DNA of 64,000 bases from an uncultured virus (IMG/VR IMGVR_UViG_3300025630_000012) (Duplodnaviria > Heunggongvirae > Uroviricota > Caudoviricetes). The position numbers and the translations under genes are program-made. Under the pieces are notes generated by a model. That model saw only the letters and a list, made by a program, of their open reading frames with translations. It was not told the DNA's origin and did no database searches. The stretch lies in the IMG/VR virus record IMGVR_UViG_3300025630_000012. The stretch is one strand, 5' to 3'. Shown here one piece after another: positions 28,606-37,395 of this stretch; the stretch's first letter is position 1, and each line of letters opens with the position of its first letter.

Positions 28606-29282
28606 TGACTAACGGGTCTATCATATCCATCAATCAGCTTGTCTATGGTCAGCCGACTATTGAGCAAAAGATGATGATGGCTAATGGCACGGCATTCTCT
28701 AAACACACCAAAGTGTTTATGAATGAGCCTTATCCAAAGAATGATACGGGTAATGCCAAGCAGGAGGTTTATGACGTAGTAGCCAAATTGGAAAAGTTGA
28801 GCGATGACGAGTGGCGTAATCGTTGCTTTTTCATTGACAAACAACTTGGTAAATACCTGAACGGATATGCTCAAAAGGCGGGTCTGCGTAGCTTCAAGCA
28901 AATTTTTGACCAAGTGAATGAGTTGTATCTCCACGCCTTGGTCTATGAGTTGAAATATCACTACAACCGCGTTAGACCCGCTGAATTAGCTTACTATCTG
29001 CGTATTGGACTCAACCCTGCCACAACAATGACGGGACATACCCCGTCGTACCCTTCGGGTCACACGCTTCAAGCGCACTTTTTCAGTAAGTTGATAAGCG
29101 ATGTCATGGGTGTGCCGTGGAGCGATGAGCCAACCAAAGAAGTCGCGGCTTCGCGTATGTCTATGGGCATACACTTTAAGTCAGACAACGATTTCGGAGT
29201 AAAAATTTCGAACTATCTTGTAAACACCGAAGAATATCAGGAATTGGTATCTGAAATTCAAAGACAATTGGGAAATGTTTGA
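28605..29282 (+). CDS. PAP2 / vanadium haloperoxidase-like phosphatase
   Basis: KYHYNRVRP, PSYPSGH, SRMSMGIHFKSD (all three PAP2 motifs). Confidence 0.88.
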   Translation: MTNGSIISINQLVYGQPTIEQKMMMANGTAFSKHTKVFMNEPYPKNDTGNAKQEVYDVVAKLEKLSDDEWRNRCFFIDKQLGKYLNGYAQKAGLRSFKQIFDQVNELYLHALVYELKYHYNRVRPAELAYYLRIGLNPATTMTGHTPSYPSGHTLQAHFFSKLISDVMGVPWSDEPTKEVAASRMSMGIHFKSDNDFGVKISNYLVNTEEYQELVSEIQRQLGNV

Positions 29283-29445
29283 GACCTACGGAGAAAAACC
29301 TGAATACACGCCACAAGAGCGAATGGCGATATGTAAGAAGTGCCCCCTTTATGACGCTATGTTCGGAAGGTGTCGGGATTGTGGATGCTTCTTGCGAGCA
29401 AAGGTTCAGCTTGCAGGAGAAGAATGCCCACAAGGGAAATGGTGA
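29275..29445 (+). CDS. small Cys-rich zinc-binding protein (56 aa)
   Basis: Manually translated: RMAICKKCP...RCRDCGCFLRAK...CPQGKW; absent from the ORF track. Confidence 0.8.
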   Translation: MFETYGEKPEYTPQERMAICKKCPLYDAMFGRCRDCGCFLRAKVQLAGEECPQGKW

Positions 29446-29447
29446 AT

Positions 29448-29558
29448 ATGAAGACGGCAGGACAACTCCTATTGTTAGGATTAGGCATGGCTTTGCTCAC
29501 CACCGCAGTCGTCGTAATAGCGAGACCTACGGAGGTTTTAGCCGTAGCCGATAGGTAA
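29448..29558 (+). CDS. small membrane peptide (36 aa)
   Basis: MKTAGQLLLLGLGMALLTTAVVVIAR. Confidence 0.55.
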   Translation: MKTAGQLLLLGLGMALLTTAVVVIARPTEVLAVADR

Positions 29559-29939
29559 GTGGAGTTTGTCTTGGATACCACGGGGATGCCTACACCGCGT
29601 CCTCGATTCAATGGCAAGTTTGCTTATATGCCCAAGTCGTACAACGACTACCAAAAGAGGCTTGTGGCGTTGTTATTGGAACTTGGTGTGCCAAAAGCAT
29701 CATACAAGCGTATATCCCTCGTTTTTCATTTCAGCTACCCCAAAAGCACCCCAAAATACAAGCGATTAGAAGGCGTACCTTTGCTGAATAAATTTGACTG
29801 CGACAATCTTGCCAAAGGAGTCATGGATGCGCTCGAAAAAGCGGGCGTTGTCGAAGACGATAGACAATTTTATTCAATTAAAGTAGAAAAATTCCGAACT
29901 TTGGGGGAGGATAAAATATATGTTAGGTTATGGGAGTGA
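29559..29939 (+). CDS. rusA: RusA-family Holliday junction resolvase
   Basis: PRPR...DCDNLAKGVMDAL...DDRQ. Confidence 0.88.
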   Translation: MEFVLDTTGMPTPRPRFNGKFAYMPKSYNDYQKRLVALLLELGVPKASYKRISLVFHFSYPKSTPKYKRLEGVPLLNKFDCDNLAKGVMDALEKAGVVEDDRQFYSIKVEKFRTLGEDKIYVRLWE

Positions 29940-30241
29940 TAGACCCCGACGATATTCATGGGTTCATAAATAGGATAATCGAAGAGATTTGTCAACACTT
30001 CGGTATTCATAGGGAACTTGTGTTTATTTCTCGTAGTAAAGACGAGAGGCGCATGAACGCCCTAATTACAATCGTTTACTACCTAAAAAAGCATACAATC
30101 CTTTCTCATCGAGAAATTGCAAACATTGTTCAAAAAGATGTGTCATCTATTTCCAAATACTACAAATTCTGCATAGATTTGGATGATAAAATTCCCCAAC
30201 ATCGGAGAATTTTAGAAGCGATAGACACACTTAAAATATGA
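29930..30241 (+). CDS. DnaA C-terminal-like HTH DNA-binding protein
   Basis: IIEEICQHFGI...SR...LSHREIANIVQKDVSSI. Confidence 0.65.
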   Translation: MGVIDPDDIHGFINRIIEEICQHFGIHRELVFISRSKDERRMNALITIVYYLKKHTILSHREIANIVQKDVSSISKYYKFCIDLDDKIPQHRRILEAIDTLKI

Positions 30242-31107
30242 GCGACGCACAAACTCTTGACGACATCGTAGTTGACGACACAATCGAAACCAATTATAGC
30301 GATGTGGTCAATTACAACCCGCTTGGGGATAACGTAGAAGAAAAGGACTACCAAAAAGCCAACCTACAAGGCGCAGGTAGGCTTCCCGACCTTGAAGAGC
30401 CAACTTTTGAGCCTCCCACCCTTGAAGACATCCGTCCCGAAATGTTCGGAGGCGATACGGGTGAGGACGAAGACGAAATTTTCGGACGTGAGCGACTGAA
30501 CGATATGCCCAAGGGCGATAAGAAGAAGGCCGCCCAACAAATGACCGAAATGATTTTGGAGGGCTATTCGAGCATTTGTTCGTTTGGCGGAAACCTCGCT
30601 TCAATGAAGGAGGGAAAGTTGATGGAGATGCAAGCAGAAGGCAAAATAGACCTTCGTATGCCTATCCCCGTAAGCCCGACTGAAAGAGTTGGCGTTCTCG
30701 ATTTCGTCCAAAGCTACAACGCGCAGATTGATGAGGCGATGGAGGTGTCGGATGAGTTCAAAGAAGCCGTCCGCCCACCCATGACTCGTATCCTTGAAAA
30801 GAAGGGTGTGGGCATGACCGACGAGCAGTTCTTGCTTGTCATGTTCGGTAAAGATATTATTACGAAATCAGCAACTACGATTGCGCTTAAAAGGCAGTTG
30901 ACACGAACGTTGGAGTTGGTCTATGACCAATATCAAAATTCAGGTCAACCTATGCCTCCTCCTCCTCCCCCTGTAACGCCTCCTCCCGCACCGCAACCTA
31001 CGCAACAACAAAGCGCAGAAGAAAGTGCATCAGAATCACGCAGGGAGCGCAGAGCCAAAGGGCGTAAGAAGGGTAACAAAGCGAAAATCGTAGCACCAAA
31101 TGATTAA
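30238..31107 (+). CDS. hypothetical protein (acidic N-terminus, Pro-rich/basic C-terminus)
   Basis: 289-aa ORF. Confidence 0.75.
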   Translation: MSDAQTLDDIVVDDTIETNYSDVVNYNPLGDNVEEKDYQKANLQGAGRLPDLEEPTFEPPTLEDIRPEMFGGDTGEDEDEIFGRERLNDMPKGDKKKAAQQMTEMILEGYSSICSFGGNLASMKEGKLMEMQAEGKIDLRMPIPVSPTERVGVLDFVQSYNAQIDEAMEVSDEFKEAVRPPMTRILEKKGVGMTDEQFLLVMFGKDIITKSATTIALKRQLTRTLELVYDQYQNSGQPMPPPPPPVTPPPAPQPTQQQSAEESASESRRERRAKGRKKGNKAKIVAPND

Positions 31108-31825
31108 GGCGGTAGTCAACATCAACATCGGTTGCTACGAAGAAATTTTTCAGCCCTCCTACGAGAACTCAACATGGGACTTTTACACCATAACGGATTT
31201 AGAGCAACGTAACCATAGGGCGTGTAGCAACGAATACTTTTTCGAACCAATCGTTCACGATGACGAGAGTTTAGATGGATTGAGTTCAAAAAGAAAGGCA
31301 AGTTTTTACAAGGCGAAGGCTTTAACCCTTCTCGAACAACTTACGAGCATTGATTACGACGTTGTTATTGTGCTTGATAGCAATGTTGAGGTTGTTGGGA
31401 ATCTCGACGAGTTCATTGACCAATACCACGGCAATAACGACATTTCTATGCCACCGCATCCCGATTGTGATAGCTATATCCAAGAGGTCGAGAAAATTCG
31501 CCAAATCCGTAAGGAGTGCGGTAAGGAAATTGAATCCGAAGAGAATATGGAGGAGACCATAGAAAAGATGATGTTGCGCGGATTCAAGTTTGACAACGGC
31601 TACCACGAAACGACATTAAGCATCCGCTCTAATACGAAGAGGACAAAGGCTTTTGAAAAAGCATGGGCGAAGAACTATCTCAACCTTCCGACAAAAAGAG
31701 ACCAAGCGTCTTTGGCTTTGACGCGATTTGAAAAGAAGACAACGCAGTTTAACACACTTGAAAATCCGTTGAATCACACTTGGACAACGCCATTTTTAAG
31801 ACATCCTCATAAGTACAATGCGTAA
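31100..31825 (+). CDS. DUF616-like glycosyltransferase
   Basis: WDFYTITD, VLDSN, HPDCD, KRDQASL. Confidence 0.72.
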   Translation: MIKAVVNINIGCYEEIFQPSYENSTWDFYTITDLEQRNHRACSNEYFFEPIVHDDESLDGLSSKRKASFYKAKALTLLEQLTSIDYDVVIVLDSNVEVVGNLDEFIDQYHGNNDISMPPHPDCDSYIQEVEKIRQIRKECGKEIESEENMEETIEKMMLRGFKFDNGYHETTLSIRSNTKRTKAFEKAWAKNYLNLPTKRDQASLALTRFEKKTTQFNTLENPLNHTWTTPFLRHPHKYNA

Positions 31826-32501
31826 GGCCGTAGTAACATACAATTTTGGCGACTACGATAGAGTTGCCCCGATTTTGTGGAAGAGTAGCGATTGGGACTA
31901 CTACTTGTTTACGGACAATCACGAGGCCAACGCGGAGGGATACAAGCGGGTTGTGTTGGACAAATCGTTTTTTCATAGCGAAGACCCCAAGCGGAGGGCA
32001 AACCAAATCAAATACACGCCTTTTAAGACGCTTGAAGAGCAGTTAGGCGAGCATTATGACTTGGCAATTGTGATGGATGCAAACTTGGCAATAGAAGGCC
32101 CGCTTGATGACTTCGTGGACATTTACATGATGAGCAGTTCAGATGGAGTGTTTATTACCCACCCGAATTGCGATAGCGTCTACGATGACTTGGACTTATG
32201 CAATGAATTTAAGAAAGACGACCCGCTCGTTCTTCTTGACACGCACCGATACTTCAAAGAAGAGGGATACCCCGATAAAGTCGAACATTACTTCCAAACG
32301 ACATTAAGCATTCGTAGAAATTCAGGCGGGTGGTCAATTGTAGAAAAAGTGTTCTACGATGAGTATGCAAAATGGTCAAAGAGAGACCAACCAATGATGA
32401 ATTTTGTCCATTGGAAGTACCCCGTGTTAGACCTTAACGTAATCGACATTAAGCATATCGGGGAGTACATTAAGTATGAAAAACACCACTTTGAAAAGTA
32501 A
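31818..32501 (+). CDS. DUF616-like glycosyltransferase (paralog)
   Basis: NFGDYD, WDYYLFTD, VMDAN, HPNCD, KRDQPMM. Confidence 0.75.
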   Translation: MRKAVVTYNFGDYDRVAPILWKSSDWDYYLFTDNHEANAEGYKRVVLDKSFFHSEDPKRRANQIKYTPFKTLEEQLGEHYDLAIVMDANLAIEGPLDDFVDIYMMSSSDGVFITHPNCDSVYDDLDLCNEFKKDDPLVLLDTHRYFKEEGYPDKVEHYFQTTLSIRRNSGGWSIVEKVFYDEYAKWSKRDQPMMNFVHWKYPVLDLNVIDIKHIGEYIKYEKHHFEK

Positions 32502-32503
32502 TC

Positions 32504-33238
32504 ATGGCTTGGAAACCACCCAAAATTCTTCTTGGTGGCCCAACTGCCATTGTAAAGCAGTATTGCGCTGACGATTGGATAGAAAATATCCGAAAAATCG
32601 TGTATCCCGCTGAAATAGATATTTTGCTCGCAGACAATTCAGAGGACGAGAGCAATGTGGAGTTTTGGAAGAGCAGAGGGGTAGAGTGTGAGAGGGTCAG
32701 ATTCAGCAAGGCAGAGCCTATCATCAGTCGCATAACAAAAAGCCACAACCTTTTAAGAGAGAGGGTTTTGGAAGGTGGATATGACTTCCTTTTTCATGTT
32801 GAAACGGACGTCTTTCCCGAACCCGACGTACTTATCCGCTTGTTAAGCCATCGTAAGGCAGTAGTGAGCGTGAGTTACGACATCTTTGATATGCACGATA
32901 GAGAACCTGTGATGTTGCAAATTGAAGATGAGTACGATGGCGAGGCCCATGCCGCGATTAAAAGAGGAAAATATATCCATACGGAATATGATGGAACGTT
33001 AAAGCAAGCGTGGGCAAATGGAATCGGTTGCATCCTATTGCATCGTAGTGTCTTGGACAAGTTTGAATTTCGATATGACCGCGACCGCGATGGCTTTTGC
33101 GATAGTTGGCTTGCGTATGATTTGAGGGCTATGGGCATCCCTATTCATGTGGATACGTCTATGTATGCCTACCACAAAAACAAGGATTGGAGAAATTTCG
33201 GAGACGACTTCGTTTCGAAAGTCCACACAAACTTTTAA
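32504..33238 (+). CDS. GT2-like glycosyltransferase
   Basis: LADNS, HVETDV, GIGCILLHRSVL, IHVDTS. Confidence 0.75.
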   Translation: MAWKPPKILLGGPTAIVKQYCADDWIENIRKIVYPAEIDILLADNSEDESNVEFWKSRGVECERVRFSKAEPIISRITKSHNLLRERVLEGGYDFLFHVETDVFPEPDVLIRLLSHRKAVVSVSYDIFDMHDREPVMLQIEDEYDGEAHAAIKRGKYIHTEYDGTLKQAWANGIGCILLHRSVLDKFEFRYDRDRDGFCDSWLAYDLRAMGIPIHVDTSMYAYHKNKDWRNFGDDFVSKVHTNF

Positions 33239-33240
33239 TT

Positions 33241-33546
33241 ATGGGGAAAACAAAAGAACTTTTGATGAAAGAGTTGTCGAAAGACAAAGAGACGAACCAA
33301 CAAAAATTCGCGGTATTTCAAAATCGTATCTTCAAAAAAGAGGGGTATGTAAGCGCACTTGAAAATTTGCTGAAAGTTTCGAAGGCACAAGCCGATAAAG
33401 CCGAAACTACGGAGATTGAAAGAGCGCGGTTGTGGGTACAAATCTTCGAAGTCGAAGACAAACTAAATGCCCAACGTCAAGTTCTTTCTCAACATAGATT
33501 GTATTTGAACGAACTGAAAAGGTTGGACAATGAGCAGAATTTGTAA
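33241..33546 (+). CDS. coiled-coil hypothetical protein
   Basis: ATG at 33241. Confidence 0.7.
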   Translation: MGKTKELLMKELSKDKETNQQKFAVFQNRIFKKEGYVSALENLLKVSKAQADKAETTEIERARLWVQIFEVEDKLNAQRQVLSQHRLYLNELKRLDNEQNL

Positions 33547-34339
33547 GTTAGGAGTTGCCGTAGGAAAAAAGGGTATTGGTAAGACCTACCAAACGACCCA
33601 AATGATGAAGGAGTATGCCCGTGGTGGAAACGGCATAAAGGCTCGACGTGTTCTCATCCTTGATGTGAATGATGAGTTTGAGGAGTTCAGGGCGATGAAG
33701 ATTAAGGACATCGAGTTGTTCAGCATCCACCCCAAGATTGAAATACGTCGCATCAGACCCTTTAAGGACGATGGTACACGTATGACACTTCGTGACATCG
33801 CAGATACACTCTATCTCATTCTTGAAAAGTATCGTGGCGGTCTTCTTCTGATTGAGGACATCAACAAATACATATCAGACCACCTGCCTAACGACTTGGT
33901 TGGCGCAATATGTACAAATAGACACACCAATACCGACATTATCATGCACTTCCAAAGCATCGGAAGGATAACGTCTAAAATTTGGCAAAACCTGAATTGG
34001 ATACGATTCCACAAAAATTCAGATTCGGTAGAGAGGCATAAGAATAAGTTCCCCGACAAGATTGACCTTTTCAGCATCGTGGAAAGCATGGTCAACAAAA
34101 GATACTACGATGGTGACGTTCGATTCTTTTTGTACGTCGATGTTGATGAAGAGAAGATTTACGGCAATTACGACGAAGAACTCTTCATGTATGCGGTGGA
34201 CGAGTATTGCTCGATGAACCATCGGCACGTAGTCAAGCCCTACATCAACAAAAGGAATGAAAAAGGGAAGAAAATGTTTACTCCCGAACAAGCAATACAG
34301 GCCGCGAAGGAGTTATTCAAGAAAAACTACTACCGATAA
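33530..34339 (+). CDS. FtsK/HerA-superfamily (A32/P9-type) putative genome packaging ATPase
   Basis: Walker A GKKGIGKT, ILD, Walker B LLLIED, and NRH...HFQS motif. Confidence 0.75.
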   Translation: MSRICKLGVAVGKKGIGKTYQTTQMMKEYARGGNGIKARRVLILDVNDEFEEFRAMKIKDIELFSIHPKIEIRRIRPFKDDGTRMTLRDIADTLYLILEKYRGGLLLIEDINKYISDHLPNDLVGAICTNRHTNTDIIMHFQSIGRITSKIWQNLNWIRFHKNSDSVERHKNKFPDKIDLFSIVESMVNKRYYDGDVRFFLYVDVDEEKIYGNYDEELFMYAVDEYCSMNHRHVVKPYINKRNEKGKKMFTPEQAIQAAKELFKKNYYR

Positions 34340-34427
34340 TTCACAAAAATTCATCTCGTGTATTCTGACTTTTGAGAATTAAGAGTGAAAAAAATTAGGT
34401 TACGAATTTATTCATAAGTTTAACTAT

Positions 34428-34435
34428 TATATTTG
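34428..34435 (+). promoter_or_regulatory. Bacteroidota -7 promoter element (TATATTTG)
   Basis: Exact TAnnTTTG in an AT-rich gap before the structural operon. Confidence 0.6.
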
Positions 34436-34455
34436 CAACGAAAATCTTTGGTAAG

Positions 34456-34557
34456 ATGGACAAAAAGGAAATCAGTAAGGTGGCGTTGACCATCGTGTTT
34501 ACGGCACTTGGCGTAGCGGGCGGTATGCTCCTCTACGACCGCGTTCTTCGTAAGTAA
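34456..34557 (+). CDS. tiny single-TM protein (33 aa) preceding the capsid candidate
   Basis: Manually translated: MDKKEISKVALTIVFTALGVAGGMLLYDRVLRK. Confidence 0.75.
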   Translation: MDKKEISKVALTIVFTALGVAGGMLLYDRVLRK

Positions 34558-34671
34558 TTCGAAGCGATATAAGTTCCCCTTCGTTGGTGCGGAGATAGTG
34601 AACTTGCTTTGATGACCGAGCGACAATTTTAATTTTTCGTTTTCATTTAATCATTTAAGAAAAAAATCATC

Positions 34672-35394
34672 ATGGACTACAAGAAGTATTTCGCCCAAGC
34701 CGAGGAACAAGCCAACGAGCAGTACCTCAACTATGGTGGATACCCTGCCGTTGATGCCGATTTCGACGATTACGTGGAAGCCGCAGGTGGTTCTTACATG
34801 AACCAAACGGGTGCGATGAATGGCGGAGGTGCTCCAACCTCACAACCCTACATCATCACCATTTCTAACTCGACTACCAACGCTGTTACTTCTAACATCA
34901 TTGGTAAGGCGTTCGCTAACATTACCGCATCAGGTAACGGCATCAACACAGGTGTCACCTACACGATGGGTATTAGCGGAACAACCTACGTCGAGTTCCT
35001 TTACCAACAATTGAACAAGCCATTTATCGTAGGTTTAACCTACGTTGATGCTTCTTCACAGGCGCAAGCCTTGAAGACGTTGCAGTTGAAAGTACGGGAC
35101 ACTAATGGTAATGTTCAGGAAAGAACCATCGTTCCAACGGTAGACCCCTACCAGCAGCAGACGGACATCCTTGCAATCCGCCAATCTTGGCGTTGGGATG
35201 GCTTTACGTCTATTGCAGTTGACCTGAACGCATCAGCGTCTGCGACCTTCTACTTCTACCCATCCGAAAACGTCAACCTTACTCGTGGACTCGCGGGTCA
35301 GTCCGTGGCTCGTGGCTACGGCAACCCTAACGTCGTTCGTCAGGATAAGGTTGTACTCGGTGAAGGTGTCGCACAGGCATTGGCACAGGGCTAA
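34672..35394 (+). CDS. putative major capsid protein (beta-rich, jelly-roll candidate) with N-terminal extension
   Basis: Position after the ATPase and small TM gene; upstream promoter and own terminator; alternating beta-strand patterns; no Cys; fold inferred only. Confidence 0.55.
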   Translation: MDYKKYFAQAEEQANEQYLNYGGYPAVDADFDDYVEAAGGSYMNQTGAMNGGGAPTSQPYIITISNSTTNAVTSNIIGKAFANITASGNGINTGVTYTMGISGTTYVEFLYQQLNKPFIVGLTYVDASSQAQALKTLQLKVRDTNGNVQERTIVPTVDPYQQQTDILAIRQSWRWDGFTSIAVDLNASASATFYFYPSENVNLTRGLAGQSVARGYGNPNVVRQDKVVLGEGVAQALAQG

Positions 35395-35414
35395 TATCCT
35401 AACCAATAACACAT

Positions 35415-35457
35415 GGAGAAGGTGGCGGAAATTTTTTCGCCACCTTTTCTTATTTTT
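35415..35457 (+). terminator. rho-independent terminator after the capsid candidate
   Basis: AAGGTGGCGGAA/TTTCGCCACCTT stem with a T-rich tail. Confidence 0.85.
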
Positions 35458-35476
35458 ATAGCAAATTTTTCACGAA

Positions 35477-36055
35477 ATGAATCTTTACTCATATATCGCC
35501 TCCATGAATCCCCGCAAGGCTAATGTTCTTTTAAGGAACAACGGCTTTGGTGAGGGAAAAACAACATCTGAAATTGAGGCGCGATTAAAGCAGTATGTTA
35601 GAGAGGAGCGCGAGGAGGCAATGAGGGAGGTTGCGAAGATTCACCCCGACAAAGAACTTTTAATTGGAGATGGCGTCAACTCGGAGTTATTGAACTACAC
35701 GGGAAGAGAGCGTCACCGCAACTTCAACGGACAGGAATTTCTTCAAGACCTCGACACTACGACTTACTATGGGCCAAACGCAAATCAAAACCCATACCGC
35801 CCTATCGCACCTGACTTTTTCAATAATGCCATTGGCGTAAGTCAGCAACAATTCCCAATGAATAAATCAGCAGACGCGGGAATCACAAAAGATGACTTGA
35901 AAGAAGCCGTTAAAACTGCCGTCACCGAAGCCAAGGCAACGGAAATGTCCTCTGAACCAAAGACGGCAAGCGTATTGTCTTTCAGTCAACAAGAAGTCGT
36001 CATGATGTTGGGCTTTGCATTTTTGGGATACCTCATCGCTAAAAAAGGATTATGA
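35477..36055 (+). CDS. C-terminally anchored membrane protein
   Basis: C-terminal TM + KK; LLNYTG and HRNFNG motifs. Confidence 0.75.
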   Translation: MNLYSYIASMNPRKANVLLRNNGFGEGKTTSEIEARLKQYVREEREEAMREVAKIHPDKELLIGDGVNSELLNYTGRERHRNFNGQEFLQDLDTTTYYGPNANQNPYRPIAPDFFNNAIGVSQQQFPMNKSADAGITKDDLKEAVKTAVTEAKATEMSSEPKTASVLSFSQQEVVMMLGFAFLGYLIAKKGL

Positions 36056-36672
36056 AGAACAAAAGAGAGGCCGCGAAAGTATTGGCAAGCGTAATTGATG
36101 ACCGCACAACGGAGGTGCGCGATGCGCTATTTGATTCGGGCGTAAAAATCAGCCCAAATGCCGATAAAGATGAAATTGTTTATGCCATCCTTGAAAACCT
36201 TGGGACAAATCGTAGGCTACAAAAAAAAGTCGGAAAGTTGGCTTTGGAGGTTAGCCCTCAGTCCTTTCCCGATTTAAGAGCGCGTAGAACGAGCAGAAGA
36301 CCACAACTCGACCAAACAGGATTTTTTAATCAGTCGGGCGACGACAAGTTTTTTCAGTCCGAGGCGGGGCAACAAACCCTCGATGCCGCAGGTCAACTTG
36401 CGGGGACTCTTTTGGGCAATTTTCTTGCCAATAGACAAGCTGAAAAGCAAGCGCAGTTAGATGCGGAAACGGCAGAAAGCCAAGCACGTCTTTTACAGGC
36501 AAATGCGGAGTTGGTTAAGGCAAACCTTGCGCTTGAAAATATCAAGGCTCAACAAGCATCTATGATGACACCGACGGGCAAGATGCTGATGGGAGTCATC
36601 CTTGTCGGTGCGTTGCTTGCAGGGTTCTACTTTTACAACCAATCAAAGGGCGGTGCTACGGCAACAAACTGA
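36052..36672 (+). CDS. C-terminally anchored coiled-coil membrane protein
   Basis: FFNQSG, Gly-rich helix, coiled coil, TM. Confidence 0.75.
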   Translation: MKNKREAAKVLASVIDDRTTEVRDALFDSGVKISPNADKDEIVYAILENLGTNRRLQKKVGKLALEVSPQSFPDLRARRTSRRPQLDQTGFFNQSGDDKFFQSEAGQQTLDAAGQLAGTLLGNFLANRQAEKQAQLDAETAESQARLLQANAELVKANLALENIKAQQASMMTPTGKMLMGVILVGALLAGFYFYNQSKGGATATN

Positions 36673-36677
36673 TTCGG

Positions 36678-36962
36678 ATGGAGCAAGTAGAGGACGTAGA
36701 ATTTGAAGAGGTACAAGAGGTAGATGAGGTAGCGGAAGAGTACGATAAACTACCCAAAGAGACAAAAGAGAGCATAGCCCGCATACAAGGCAAAAAAAGG
36801 GTCTATGAGTCATCTGAAACAAGCACCTATTTATTGGGCGCGGCTTTGGGTGGCGGATATGCAGTTTACAAGCGGAAAAAAGTGCTTTTGGGAGTCGGTT
36901 TTGGCATTCTGATGGCATATTTTTATCTTGAATTTTTAGATAAACCAACAAAAGAATCATAA
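36678..36962 (+). CDS. small membrane protein
   Basis: Two short hydrophobic helices flanking KRKK. Confidence 0.72.
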   Translation: MEQVEDVEFEEVQEVDEVAEEYDKLPKETKESIARIQGKKRVYESSETSTYLLGAALGGGYAVYKRKKVLLGVGFGILMAYFYLEFLDKPTKES

Positions 36963-36966
36963 TCGA

Positions 36967-37395
36967 ATGTTGTCCGCAAATCAGTTGCATAAGCAGAGCC
37001 AATTACAAATGGATTTTCAGGATTTCCTTTCAAAGATGAAGGAAGCCTTTGGGGAAAATTTCATGGAAAAGGTGAACGAGGGTAAGGTTGCCCTTCAAGA
37101 GATTCAGTCCGCGTTAGGATTGATGGTTACACCCAAAAGTAGTGAGCAGGAAAAGCCCCAAGCACCCGTTCAGAGGCGTAGAACGGCTAATCCAACGAAG
37201 AATGTAGAACCAAAAGTTCAAGTCAAGAAAGTCACGAAGTCAGCGACGGGCGATGCAGGATTCAAACCCAAGTGTAGCAGTTGTGAGAAGAACAAAAAGA
37301 ATGCTACGGGGAAAAAGAGCAATACGATGCGTAACGTCTTGATTTTTGCAGGTATCGGGGCAGTCCTGTTTTGGGCAGTCAAAAATAGACGTTAA
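36967..37395 (+). CDS. C-terminally anchored membrane protein
   Basis: TKSATG, KKNATG, CSSC, TM + KNRR. Confidence 0.75.
   Translation: MLSANQLHKQSQLQMDFQDFLSKMKEAFGENFMEKVNEGKVALQEIQSALGLMVTPKSSEQEKPQAPVQRRRTANPTKNVEPKVQVKKVTKSATGDAGFKPKCSSCEKNKKNATGKKSNTMRNVLIFAGIGAVLFWAVKNRR

Noticed and set aside
29279..29554. ORF-track 91-aa ORF
   Set aside because: A different frame (29275..29445) gives a recognisable Cys finger, followed by 29448..29558.
33530..34339. Terminase large subunit or conjugative coupling protein
   Set aside because: Only 269 aa, no nuclease domain, no portal, relaxase or T4SS genes seen; kept as a packaging-type ATPase with moderate confidence.
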